Below the pieces are notes generated by a model. The model saw only the letters and a program-made list of their open reading frames with translations. It had not been told where the DNA came from and ran no database searches. Made by a program: the position numbers and the translations under genes. A stretch of DNA of 64,000 nt from a virus (taxonomy: Duplodnaviria; Heunggongvirae; Uroviricota; Caudoviricetes): positions 94,501 to 158,500 of the IMG/VR virus record IMGVR_UViG_3300046000_008568; one strand, written 5' to 3'. Below, piece after piece: positions 10,194 through 18,636 of this stretch (its first letter is position 1; each line of letters begins with the position of its first letter).

Positions 10194-11159
10194 ATGAAAA
10201 CAGCGTTAATAACAGGAATAAACGGAATGGATGGAAGTCATTTAGCTGACTTTTTACTAGAAAAGGGATATACTGTCTACGGATTAGAAAGACGTAGTTC
10301 TAGTGAAAACCGAACAAATATACTACATATACAAGATAAAATTAAATTTATAAAAGGAGACTTAACAGATCAAAATTCTCTTTTAAGAGCCCTAAAAGAA
10401 GCTAACCCCGATGAAGTATATAATCTGGCTGCTCAATCATTTGTGGGAGAAAGCTGGAACACCCCAGAACAAACTAGTGATGTAACAGGATTAGGAGTGT
10501 TAAGAATGTTAGAAGCCATTCGTGAATATGGCTCGGATAAAATTAAATTTTACCAAGCATCATCCTCAGAAATGTTTGGACGTATGGTTGAAAACCCAGC
10601 AACAGAAAATACACCATTTTACCCTCGTTCGCCTTATGGTGTAGCTAAATTATATGGACATTGGATAACTAAAAATTATAGAGAATCTTATGATATGTTT
10701 ACTTGTTCTGGTATACTATTTAACCATGAATCAGAACGACGTGGTTTAGAATTTGTAACTAGAAAAATAACTAATGGTGTAGCTAAAATTCATTTAGGAT
10801 TAGCAAATCATATTTCATTGGGTAATTTAGATGCAAAACGTGATTGGGGTTATGCTCCTGATTATGTTGAAGCGATGTGGTTAATATTACAACAAGATAC
10901 ACCAGATGATTATGTTATTGCTACTAACTGCACTTATTCTATTAGAGACTTCTTAGATGAAGCATTCATAGCAATCGGAATTGCAGATTGGGAACCATAC
11001 ATTCAAATAGATCCTCAATTTATAAGACCAGCAGAAGTAGATGTGTTAAGAGGAAATGCTACTAAAGCATATAAACAATTAGATTGGTCTCCAAAAACAG
11101 ATTTTAAACAAATGGTACATATAATGGTACAAAACGATATAAAATTATTAAGTAAATAA
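10194..11159 (+). CDS. gmd: GDP-mannose 4,6-dehydratase
   Basis: ALITGINGMDGSHLADFLLEKGYTVYG, YNLAAQSFV, SSSEMFG, SPYGVAKLYGHWIT, LFNHESERRG are textbook Gmd/SDR motifs. Confidence 0.8.
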   Translation: MKTALITGINGMDGSHLADFLLEKGYTVYGLERRSSSENRTNILHIQDKIKFIKGDLTDQNSLLRALKEANPDEVYNLAAQSFVGESWNTPEQTSDVTGLGVLRMLEAIREYGSDKIKFYQASSSEMFGRMVENPATENTPFYPRSPYGVAKLYGHWITKNYRESYDMFTCSGILFNHESERRGLEFVTRKITNGVAKIHLGLANHISLGNLDAKRDWGYAPDYVEAMWLILQQDTPDDYVIATNCTYSIRDFLDEAFIAIGIADWEPYIQIDPQFIRPAEVDVLRGNATKAYKQLDWSPKTDFKQMVHIMVQNDIKLLSK

Positions 11160-11160
11160 A

Positions 11161-11730
11161 ATGGCTCATAAAGAACAAATTGATTACGTTAACAAAATAA
11201 AAAATCAATTTCCTCAATTTTTTACCAATAAAAAAGTGTTAGGTATAGGTACCTTTAATGTATGTGGTACTGAAGATGAATATTTTGAAAATTGTGACTA
11301 TCAAGGATTAGATTTAGGACCAGGACCAGGAGTTAATATTGTTTGTCCCGCTCAAGAGTATGATGCTCCTGATAATACATTTGACATAATTATTTCATGT
11401 GAATGTTTTGAACACAATCCATTTTATAAAAAAACCATACAAAATGCTGTTAGAATGTTAAAACCAAATGGTATGTTTCTATTCACTTGTGCTACTACAG
11501 GAAGACCAGTTCATGGAATTAAATCATTAGAAGAAGAAAGTAAAAAGAAATTTACTAATTGGAAAACAATGCCCAATGTAGTTAAAGAAAACTGGGATAA
11601 TGAGTACTATAAAAATTTAACTGAAGAAGATATTAGAGAATGTCTTGATTTTGATAAAGAATTTCTTTTATATAAATTTGAAGTTGAACCTAACCATTGC
11701 GATTTATTTTTCTGGGGAATTAAAAAATAA
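11161..11730 (+). CDS. class I SAM-dependent methyltransferase
   Basis: VLGIGTFNVCG glycine-rich motif I, LKPNGMFLF post-II motif. Confidence 0.5.
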   Translation: MAHKEQIDYVNKIKNQFPQFFTNKKVLGIGTFNVCGTEDEYFENCDYQGLDLGPGPGVNIVCPAQEYDAPDNTFDIIISCECFEHNPFYKKTIQNAVRMLKPNGMFLFTCATTGRPVHGIKSLEEESKKKFTNWKTMPNVVKENWDNEYYKNLTEEDIRECLDFDKEFLLYKFEVEPNHCDLFFWGIKK

Positions 11731-11733
11731 TTT

Positions 11734-12774
11734 ATGATATCACTAATAATACCTGCTACAACATCTAATTCGAATTATAATACTAATATAGTTCGTAATA
11801 TTAGAGATTTATATCCAAATGAGAATGAAGTTGAAATTATCCTAGAAATAAATGACGAAGTTAGTTTAGGTATCAATTACAACAATGCCGTTGCTCGCGC
11901 TAATGGTGAGAAAATAATATTATTACATAATGATATGGTTCTACCTAAAGGTTTTATAGAAACCATGGATAAACATATAAGTAAACGCGTAATAACGACG
12001 TATACTCGCATAGAACCTCCTATTTATATGGACACATATCCTGGTAAGATTATTAAAGATTGTGGCTCGGATTTAGGTACATTTGATGAAAGATTATTTA
12101 GTCAACTTCAATTTGAAGAAAGTCTAGTAGATGGTGGTTCACAATTATTCTTTGGGTGTATGAAAGAAGATTACATTGGAATAGATGGATATACATTTAC
12201 TAAATTTTGTGAGGATGATGATTTACATTTAAGATACAAATTAGCAGGTTTTGAACATAAAGTATCATCAGCACATGTGTATCATTTTGTAAGCAAAACA
12301 TCTCGTGTGGGTGACTACCAGAGTATTGAAATGAAATCAAATAAAAATTTTATACGTAAATGGGGGTCTAGAACTCCTAGTGTAAAATATAACATTGCTT
12401 ATATTGTTCATAATTGCCAATTACAGGCTTTAGAAACATTAGAATTATTTTGTGATAGAATATATGTTAATGAGAAATTTGAAATTGGTAGAATGTGGGA
12501 TTATGTTGAATTAGAACAAGAAAATACGTCGTTTGATTTATCTAAACGAGTATTAACTATAAAAAATAATGATCCAATATTAGAAAATGATATTGTAGTT
12601 GAGTTTGATCTTTTAAAATTTAATCCTGAATCTTTTAATATTTTACAACAGTTGCCTAACATAATTAAAGAAAGTGGTGAGATTGGTACATTTGAATTAG
12701 ATATATTTACAATTACTATTAATTCAATGACTGAATACCAAAATGATCTAATATTTATATCAAAACAACAATAA
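11734..12774 (+). CDS. glycosyltransferase family 2-like
   Basis: 346 aa; MISLIIPATT N-term, DDDL motif. Confidence 0.4.
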   Translation: MISLIIPATTSNSNYNTNIVRNIRDLYPNENEVEIILEINDEVSLGINYNNAVARANGEKIILLHNDMVLPKGFIETMDKHISKRVITTYTRIEPPIYMDTYPGKIIKDCGSDLGTFDERLFSQLQFEESLVDGGSQLFFGCMKEDYIGIDGYTFTKFCEDDDLHLRYKLAGFEHKVSSAHVYHFVSKTSRVGDYQSIEMKSNKNFIRKWGSRTPSVKYNIAYIVHNCQLQALETLELFCDRIYVNEKFEIGRMWDYVELEQENTSFDLSKRVLTIKNNDPILENDIVVEFDLLKFNPESFNILQQLPNIIKESGEIGTFELDIFTITINSMTEYQNDLIFISKQQ

Positions 12775-13184
12775 TGAAAGAAATTAGTATATTAGAAGAA
12801 TTACAATTATTCTTAGAAGCAGAAGGTGAAGCAGATATTACAGCAGCCGATGCCGCTATAGAGTCAGATATGGAAAATCCTAGAACACCTAAATTAAGAT
12901 TAGATGTAAACCCAAACCCAACTAAAAAAGGTATTAAAGTACAATTTATATTACCTAAAGGATATTCTACAAATCAAAAAGAAGATTTAACTCAAAAGTT
13001 AAAAACCAAATTAAATGCAGGACTAGCTCCTCATATGTTAAGTGTAGATGTTGATTTAGATGTACCTTACGAAAATGTAATTGGATTTTTAATTAGATTA
13101 AGTAATATCAAAATGTTAGTTAAATCTGCTCTAGAAGGAGGAACAACATCTCCAAATTCAGGAGAAAATGTACCTCAAATATAA
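12774..13184 (+). CDS. hypothetical protein
   Basis: 136 aa ORF, ATGA overlap. Confidence 0.4.
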   Translation: MKEISILEELQLFLEAEGEADITAADAAIESDMENPRTPKLRLDVNPNPTKKGIKVQFILPKGYSTNQKEDLTQKLKTKLNAGLAPHMLSVDVDLDVPYENVIGFLIRLSNIKMLVKSALEGGTTSPNSGENVPQI

Positions 13185-13201
13185 ATTTTAATAAATTAGT
13201 T

Positions 13202-13630
13202 ATGGAAAACCAAGATCCACTAAAAAAGCTTCAAGATCAAATGAAAAATTTGATTGGATCGGATAGCACTGTTAAACGTCGTAAAAAAACTAAAGAAGAT
13301 ACTCAACGAGAATTATTTTTAACTAATATACCTTTATTAGAACATATTCTTGCTAGAGGTGTCATGTTGGATAGTGATTATGGTTTTAATACTATTAAAT
13401 ACGACGAACCTTTTTATCAGATTATTGATAGTTTAATTTATATGCATTTTGATGAAGATGCTGCTGAATTGATCATGTTCTATCTATACGAACGAATAAA
13501 CCCAGATGGAACACTTAATACTGTTACTGATATAAATGGGGATGAATTTCTTTTGGAGAACGCAGAAGATCTATGGTCATTTGTACAACAAATAACAGAA
13601 GAAAATAAAGCCGACGATGCCAGCGCCTAA
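13202..13630 (+). CDS. hypothetical protein
   Basis: 142 aa ORF. Confidence 0.4.
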   Translation: MENQDPLKKLQDQMKNLIGSDSTVKRRKKTKEDTQRELFLTNIPLLEHILARGVMLDSDYGFNTIKYDEPFYQIIDSLIYMHFDEDAAELIMFYLYERINPDGTLNTVTDINGDEFLLENAEDLWSFVQQITEENKADDASA

Positions 13631-14273
13631 ACCATTAAGTAAAGAAGATATATTACGAGCAATGCGGTTTACAAAATCAAATCGCGCTGCCGCTCGATAT
13701 TTAAGTGTATCTTATCAGCATTATAAACCTTGGGCTAAACAATATAAAATAAACGATGGTGATATAGAAGCATTAACTCTATTTGATCTTCATAAAAATC
13801 AGTGCGGTAAAGGTATTCCTAAATTTTTACCTAATAGACGAAAAGATCCTAATGTTAAAGATATAATTGAAACAGGAACAGGATGGGAATCATTTACACC
13901 TGAGAAAATTAAATCTAGATTAATAGCTGAGGCATATTTAAAAGATGAGTGTTATCAATGCGGGTTTAATGAACGTAGAGTAACAGATTATAAAACACCA
14001 TTACTACTCCATTTTAAAGATGGAAATAAATGCAATTATTTATTAGATAATTTAGATTTACAATGCTACAATTGTTACTTTCTATATGTTGCCGATCCAT
14101 TAACACCAGACCAGATCAGACATATCGAAGACAATACAGAAGTAAAAGCAACAGCATATGAATGGGATTTAACCCCAGAACAAATATCGGCCATGAAAGA
14201 ATCGGGTTTATGGGATGATAATAAAGCTGATGAAGACGAACCCGGATCAGAATTTATATCTTATATAAAGTAA
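13617..14273 (+). CDS. hypothetical protein with C-terminal Cys/His cluster
   Basis: 218 aa; CYQCG...H...CNYL...CYNC resembles a zinc-binding or HNH-like module. Confidence 0.4.
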   Translation: MPAPKPLSKEDILRAMRFTKSNRAAARYLSVSYQHYKPWAKQYKINDGDIEALTLFDLHKNQCGKGIPKFLPNRRKDPNVKDIIETGTGWESFTPEKIKSRLIAEAYLKDECYQCGFNERRVTDYKTPLLLHFKDGNKCNYLLDNLDLQCYNCYFLYVADPLTPDQIRHIEDNTEVKATAYEWDLTPEQISAMKESGLWDDNKADEDEPGSEFISYIK

Positions 14274-14301
14274 ATATTTATAAACAACCAAAATAAAGAT
14301 T

Positions 14302-14514
14302 ATGTACGAAAACAAGTATTACATCGTTAAAGTTGAATTTCAATCAATTGACGATAAAGGAAAAACAAAAAGACAAAAGCTAGACTATTTAGTAGATGCT
14401 GTGTCTGTAACAGAAGCCGAAGTTAAAATAACTAAATGGTTAACCGACAATGGTGAACGCAACTTTGAAATCAAAGCAGCAATAACTTCACCTATTGTAG
14501 AAGTAATAGAATAA
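14302..14514 (+). CDS. hypothetical protein
   Basis: 70 aa ORF. Confidence 0.35.
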   Translation: MYENKYYIVKVEFQSIDDKGKTKRQKLDYLVDAVSVTEAEVKITKWLTDNGERNFEIKAAITSPIVEVIE

Positions 14515-14519
14515 TAAAA

Positions 14520-14669
14520 ATGGCAGAACCTTGTTCAAATTGTGGAACCACATTATCTTGTGGTTGTCAAAAAAGAGTAGCTACGGATGGCTCCTTATGT
14601 TGTGATCAATGTATTCAATCCTATGAGCAACATCTTGTAGCAATTAAAGTAATCACAACAAATGGCTAA
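14520..14669 (+). CDS. small Cys-rich protein (49 aa), not in ORF track
   Basis: Eleven Cys in 49 aa (CSNCGTTLSCGCQ...LCCDQC); fills an otherwise empty gap. Confidence 0.3.
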   Translation: MAEPCSNCGTTLSCGCQKRVATDGSLCCDQCIQSYEQHLVAIKVITTNG

Positions 14670-15048
14670 AAAACACATTACATTTACTCCTCTACTTCTT
14701 CAAGTAGACAACCCTTCTGATGTTTTTGATAAACATAGATTGGAGTTATCAAAATCGGCTGTAGAGGCAGTATCGTATTGTGTTAATAATAAGCTAACTA
14801 ATATCGTATTTGTTGAAATTGAAACGATACCATCGTTATCAACTTTGCAATTACGTGTTGATCAACAATCCTTTTTAGATGTTTTAGATAAAAATTTAGA
14901 AACATTGGAAAAGTTTGAAGAATATGAGTTATGTGCCGAAATACTTAGATTAAAAGAAAAAATAGCTAAAGATGTGGCTAAAAAAACTCGTACACGAAGA
15001 AAAAATAGATCTATAGATGATTTAATTAATGTCATAAAAGATCTATAA
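14662..15048 (+). CDS. hypothetical protein
   Basis: 128 aa ORF. Confidence 0.4.
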   Translation: MAKKHITFTPLLLQVDNPSDVFDKHRLELSKSAVEAVSYCVNNKLTNIVFVEIETIPSLSTLQLRVDQQSFLDVLDKNLETLEKFEEYELCAEILRLKEKIAKDVAKKTRTRRKNRSIDDLINVIKDL

Positions 15049-15081
15049 TATTTATAATAAACTAATTTAAAATAATATATT

Positions 15082-15849
15082 ATGGCAAATAATCCTGGGC
15101 TTTGGCAACATTTCCTACAAAGAGCGGATAATATAGGTATTCCTGTAGATCAAGCTCAACGAAAATATTTAATTGAGGTAAATCAATTTGAAGAATCATT
15201 ATCTAACTTCTTAGCTTTTGGTGCCGGTGGGGGTACTGCTCATCCTAATCCAATTACAGTTGAAGAGGTATTAGCTCAACAAGCAGCATGGTCTCAAGCA
15301 GTAGTTAATATAGGAGCAGCATACACAAACACCTCTGGTAGTTATCTTACTAAACAAGCTGCTGCATCCGCTGTTGCTACTACTGTAATTGCTAGTGCTT
15401 ATAATTATGATTTAGGACCTTGTTTCTTTAGACCCACATTAACCAACACACCTTATACCTTTAGAAACACATCAGAAGGAGCTCTATCTTACTTCGTAGG
15501 ACCAGACAATGACCCAGCAGGACCAGCATCAGGTTCAAACCCAAACTACCCAGATGATACTGGATTTGCTTTGAATGGTTGGAATAATGTTGTATTTGAT
15601 AATGATCCAATGAATACTGGTAATCCATATGCCGGGATAAATTGTATGGGTAATATAGCATTAACTATGGGTTATGTTACTTTTAGTGGCAGTGCTTCAT
15701 TCCCAAGTGGATCTCAACCAGTTCAAGTAGATAAAACATTCGGATATTACAAATATCCAAGTGGAGAAATCAAAATTATACTTCACTTCTCAGCAATAAC
15801 CAATTTAACTGACCAAGCTCCAGATTACAACGATGTGGATCCCGTATAA
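15082..15849 (+). CDS. hypothetical protein (Gly/Asn/Pro-rich, possibly virion-associated)
   Basis: 255 aa ORF followed by a strong terminator. Confidence 0.45.
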   Translation: MANNPGLWQHFLQRADNIGIPVDQAQRKYLIEVNQFEESLSNFLAFGAGGGTAHPNPITVEEVLAQQAAWSQAVVNIGAAYTNTSGSYLTKQAAASAVATTVIASAYNYDLGPCFFRPTLTNTPYTFRNTSEGALSYFVGPDNDPAGPASGSNPNYPDDTGFALNGWNNVVFDNDPMNTGNPYAGINCMGNIALTMGYVTFSGSASFPSGSQPVQVDKTFGYYKYPSGEIKIILHFSAITNLTDQAPDYNDVDPV

Positions 15850-15871
15850 TATTTAAAAAATATAAATTTTC

Positions 15872-15902
15872 TTGGGGAGCTATTTGGCTCCCCAATTTAT
15901 TA
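15872..15902 (+). terminator. rho-independent terminator
   Basis: TTGGGGAGC-TATTT-GCTCCCCAA hairpin followed by a T-rich tail. Confidence 0.6.
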
Positions 15903-15951
15903 TTCATACATTTATATTGTTAAATTACCGTTCGTAAAAACAAATAAAATT

Positions 15952-16233
15952 ATGGAACAATTATTAGCATTTATTTTAGGGGCAGGTACAGGTCTCATTA
16001 TATGGGGAGTTGTGGTAGCGTTTAGAACAGCAAAGCAAGTAAAATTATTACAAGTAAATATAACTGACATTTACCAAGTTATAAATCAAAACGATGCAAT
16101 GGTTAACAGAAGAGTTGATCAAGAAATCAATAGAACAGATAGTGCAGTATCAAACATATACTCAGCTATGGACTCTAGGTTCGATAAATTAGAAGCAAAG
16201 ATTACAAAAGAAAAACAATTAATAAAAGGATAA
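15952..16233 (+). CDS. small membrane protein (N-terminal TM helix plus coiled coil)
   Basis: 93 aa; LAFILGAGTGLIIWGVVVAF TM segment. Confidence 0.4.
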   Translation: MEQLLAFILGAGTGLIIWGVVVAFRTAKQVKLLQVNITDIYQVINQNDAMVNRRVDQEINRTDSAVSNIYSAMDSRFDKLEAKITKEKQLIKG

Positions 16234-16298
16234 ATTAAATAGAACGGTAATTTAATTTTTTCATAATTTATATATATTTATAGACATAAAATAATAAA

Positions 16299-16439
16299 AT
16301 GCAAGCACTTCAAAACATACATCAACAACTGAGCACAGCGAGTAGAGCCAATAATATTTGGTCGGATTCGTTATGTGGAGATGTGATTATGGGCTTTACG
16401 TATAATAACGAACCGAAACAAACCAAAACCGGGATATGA
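16299..16439 (+). CDS. small hypothetical protein (46 aa), not in ORF track
   Basis: ATG 16299, TGA 16437-16439; followed by a terminator. Confidence 0.25.
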   Translation: MQALQNIHQQLSTASRANNIWSDSLCGDVIMGFTYNNEPKQTKTGI

Positions 16440-16475
16440 TGTAAAATTAATTACACATATAAATTCTAATAAGAA

Positions 16476-16509
16476 GCCCGGATCAAAAAAAGATTCGGGT
16501 TTTTTTTTA
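16476..16509 (+). terminator. rho-independent terminator
   Basis: CCCGGATC-A7-GATTCGGG hairpin followed by T9. Confidence 0.55.
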
Positions 16510-16599
16510 AATAAATTTGGTTACTTAAAATAACAATCGTATCTTTATAAAAGATTAAAAAGTATAAATTGTTCATTGACATATTGGATAAGATTAAAT

Positions 16600-16683
16600 G
16601 GAAGGCATCCGGCAGGATCAGGAGCTGCTCTTGAAAAGCAGTAGCGGGTTAAACCGTTGTGAGTTCGAGTCTCACGCCTTCTT
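16600..16683 (+). tRNA. tRNA-Ser (anticodon TGA), class II
   Basis: Acceptor GGAAGGC/GCCTTCT; anticodon stem CTGCT/AGCAG with loop CTTGAAA; long variable arm; T-arm GTGAG-TTCGAGT-CTCAC. Confidence 0.6.
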
Positions 16684-16689
16684 CAATAT

Positions 16690-16761
16690 TGGTCTATGGT
16701 ATAACGGTTATTACACTTGACTTTGACTCAAGCAATCGTGGTTCGATTCCACGTAGACCAA
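16690..16761 (+). tRNA. tRNA-Gln (TTG)
   Basis: Acceptor TGGTCTA/TAGACCA; anticodon stem CTTGA/TCAAG with loop CTTTGAC; T-arm CGTGG-TTCGATT-CCACG. Confidence 0.6.
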
Positions 16762-16771
16762 CAAATAATTT

Positions 16772-16847
16772 CTGGATGTAGAGGAGCCCGGTTTATCTCG
16801 CTGGCCTTGGACGCTAGAGCACGCAGGTTCGAATCCTGCCATCCAGA
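16772..16847 (+). tRNA. tRNA-Pro (TGG)
   Basis: Acceptor CTGGATG/CATCCAG; anticodon stem CTGGC/GCTAG with loop CTTGGAC; T-arm GCAGG-TTCGAAT-CCTGC. Confidence 0.55.
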
Positions 16848-17048
16848 CTATAGACTGTTACTAATTCATAGATCACTGCCTAATAAGCACCGACGCATAG
16901 AATTAGATTTTGCCCTTTAGGCTTTAAAGTGAAGCACGATACTTTTAATATCGGGAAGTAGGAGCATTACCTACAAGGGGTACAAATTAGACTGTTAAGG
17001 TAGGACGTCAGTCAAAGAGAGGTGAGCCATACCTAAACCTCTTACCAG

Positions 17049-17119
17049 CCCCACATGGCGTAATGGTAGCGTGATTGTTTTACATGCAATAGGCGGTGGT
17101 TCGATTCCACCTGAGGGGA
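17049..17119 (+). tRNA. tRNA-Val (TAC)
   Basis: T-arm GGTGG-TTCGATT-CCACC; anticodon stem ATTGT/GCAAT with loop TTTACAT; acceptor has one mismatch. Confidence 0.5.
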
Positions 17120-17167
17120 CAATCAAGTGGTTATCACTAAACAATGGATTAAAAAGGAAGTGAATAA

Positions 17168-17238
17168 GGGGACAACAGGCAAGGTGCCGAGCAGCTCTGT
17201 AAAAGCTCACTGGGTAGGTTCGATTCCTACTGGCCCCA
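17168..17238 (+). tRNA. tRNA-Tyr (GTA), class-I-like
   Basis: T-arm GTAGG-TTCGATT-CCTAC; anticodon loop CTGTAAA; acceptor GGGGACA/TGGCCCC with one mismatch. Confidence 0.45.
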
Positions 17239-17301
17239 CAAAGTATGGAATAACATCGCTCCCGTAATGCCATGGCTCGTATACGAGTGACGGGAGACAA
17301 T

Positions 17302-17374
17302 GGACCTTTTGTATAGCTGGTGCGTACGCTAGTCTGAAGAACTAGAGGAGTAGGTTCGATTCCTACAGGGTCCA
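17302..17374 (+). tRNA. tRNA-Phe (GAA)
   Basis: Acceptor GGACCTT/AGGGTCC; anticodon stem CTAGT/ACTAG with loop CTGAAGA; T-arm GTAGG-TTCGATT-CCTAC. Confidence 0.65.
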
Positions 17375-17382
17375 CAATAAAT

Positions 17383-17457
17383 TGGTCTGAAGCTTAAGAG
17401 GTATATAGCGGAGGTTTGTTAAACCTAGGATAGCAGGTTCGAGTCCTGTCAGACCAG
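17383..17457 (+). tRNA. tRNA-Asn (GTT)
   Basis: Acceptor TGGTCTG/CAGACCA; anticodon loop TTGTTAA; T-arm GCAGG-TTCGAGT-CCTGT. Confidence 0.55.
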
Positions 17458-17464
17458 CAAAAAT

Positions 17465-17538
17465 AGGTAATTAGCTCAATTGGTTAGAGCACTCGCCTGA
17501 TACGTGAGAGGTTATAGGTTCGATTCCTATATTACCTA
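17465..17538 (+). tRNA. tRNA-Ile (GAT)
   Basis: Acceptor AGGTAAT/ATTACCT; D-arm GCTC..GAGC; anticodon stem CTCGC/GTGAG with loop CTGATAC; T-arm ATAGG-TTCGATT-CCTAT. Confidence 0.65.
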
Positions 17539-17544
17539 CAAAAT

Positions 17545-17629
17545 GGAAAGTAAATCAACATGGTGTTGAGTCCGCCTGCTAAGCGAGGCGTTCGGGTAAC
17601 CGGATTCAGTTCGATTCTGATTCTTTCCT
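17545..17629 (+). tRNA. tRNA-Ser-like (GCT), class II, imperfect
   Basis: 85 nt; anticodon loop CTGCTAA; long variable arm; T-loop TTCGATT; mismatches in the acceptor and T stems. Confidence 0.35.
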
Positions 17630-17920
17630 CTTTAAAAACCTGGTCCCTGTCCTCATAACGTGTTTAAGGAACACAGGAGTTGAATGTGCAATCGGGGCGG
17701 ATAGTGGTGGGACACTGATAAATAAAATCTTAAGCACAAAGATAAGTTAACGGGTTCTTATCAAACTACCGACTTGATCTAGGATCGAGAATATTTCATA
17801 AGTATTCCCAGACAAGAGCGTAACTTGTAGTCGGTACAATATGGTGTTCGAAGCTTTTTAGTGAAGCGCAAGACTGTGAATCTTGAGAAGATGGGGCGGT
17901 ACCGTTCTTACACCCAAAAT

Positions 17921-17994
17921 GCCCCTATGGTGAAACTGGTAAACACAACGGTTTTAAGCGCCGTAAGCTGTAGGTTCGAGTCCTACTGGGGGCA
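17921..17994 (+). tRNA. tRNA with anticodon TAA (Leu codon UUA) but a short variable arm
   Basis: Acceptor GCCCCTA/TGGGGGC; anticodon stem ACGGT/GCCGT with loop TTTAAGC; variable arm AAGCT (5 nt); T-arm GTAGG-TTCGAGT-CCTAC. Confidence 0.5.
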
Positions 17995-17999
17995 CAACT

Positions 18000-18071
18000 G
18001 GTCTTATAGTTTAATTGGAAAAACTTATCGCTACGAACGATAGAACGTAGGTTCGACTCCTACTAAGACCT
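18000..18071 (+). tRNA. tRNA-Arg (ACG)
   Basis: Acceptor GGTCTTA/TAAGACC; D-arm GTTT..AAAC; anticodon stem TATCG/CGATA with loop CTACGAA; T-arm GTAGG-TTCGACT-CCTAC. Confidence 0.65.
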
Positions 18072-18231
18072 CAAAATATAATTACAAAGCGTAGGTAAGA
18101 AGACGTGGAGAGACGTTGCGCAAGGGTACACACTAAGGATAAGTATTTATACTCAACTCTCTAATGGTGTGTGAAGCACTAAGAAATTAGAACCCAGATT
18201 CCTGATAAAACTTACTAATTATATTTTACTT

Positions 18232-18303
18232 GCCCGTATAGTTTAATTGGAAGAACTAAACGCTTCTAACGTTTCAGTCCTGGTTCAAGTCCAGGTATGG
18301 GTT
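18232..18303 (+). tRNA. tRNA-Arg (TCT)
   Basis: Anticodon stem AAACG/CGTTT with loop CTTCTAA; T-arm CCTGG-TTCAAGT-CCAGG; acceptor has two G-U pairs. Confidence 0.55.
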
Positions 18304-18310
18304 CAAAAAT

Positions 18311-18381
18311 GCGGGTCACAGACAAGGTGTCGGTACGGTCTCCAAAACTGCTACGGGTAAGTTCGATTCTTACGGCCTGCG
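18311..18381 (+). tRNA. tRNA-Trp-like (CCA), atypical D-arm
   Basis: Acceptor GCGGGTC/GGCCTGC with G-U pairs; T-arm GTAAG-TTCGATT-CTTAC; anticodon loop CTCCAAA; D-arm is irregular. Confidence 0.4.
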
Positions 18382-18447
18382 CAAAATTATTAATTATGAA
18401 AAAGAAATTCGATATGCATTAAGTTTATTAACTTAAAATGCATAAAA

Positions 18448-18630
18448 ATGAGAATCAAAAATCATACTCAGAAAGAGTATAAAAAAGAAAAAAGAAAACA
18501 ATCCAAAGATGGTGGAATGTGGTTTGAAGACTATTGGAGTAAATGTAAATCCGGAATATGGGCCTTCAAGTACAGAGAATACAGAACCTGGAAGTATAAC
18601 AGAAAAACACAATACAAACCTTTAAAATAA
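18448..18630 (+). CDS. small basic protein
   Basis: 60 aa, Lys/Arg/Tyr/Trp-rich; sits between the tRNA sub-arrays. Confidence 0.3.
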   Translation: MRIKNHTQKEYKKEKRKQSKDGGMWFEDYWSKCKSGIWAFKYREYRTWKYNRKTQYKPLK

Positions 18631-18636
18631 GTTATC

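Noticed and set aside
16861-16908. A 46-nt hairpin-like element (CTAATTC...GAATTAG) after tRNA-Pro
   Set aside because: It is too short and has no T-loop, so it is not a tRNA. It may just be a processing hairpin.
16717-17375. Track ORFs 16717-16920 (+) and 16995-17375 (-) inside the tRNA array
   Set aside because: They are fully occupied by tRNA genes (Gln, Pro, Val, Tyr, Phe). They are open only because structured RNA genes are low in stop codons.
17861-18043. Track ORF 17861-18043 (+)
   Set aside because: It overlaps the TAA-anticodon tRNA and the tRNA-Arg. It has no promoter-cassette or RBS context.
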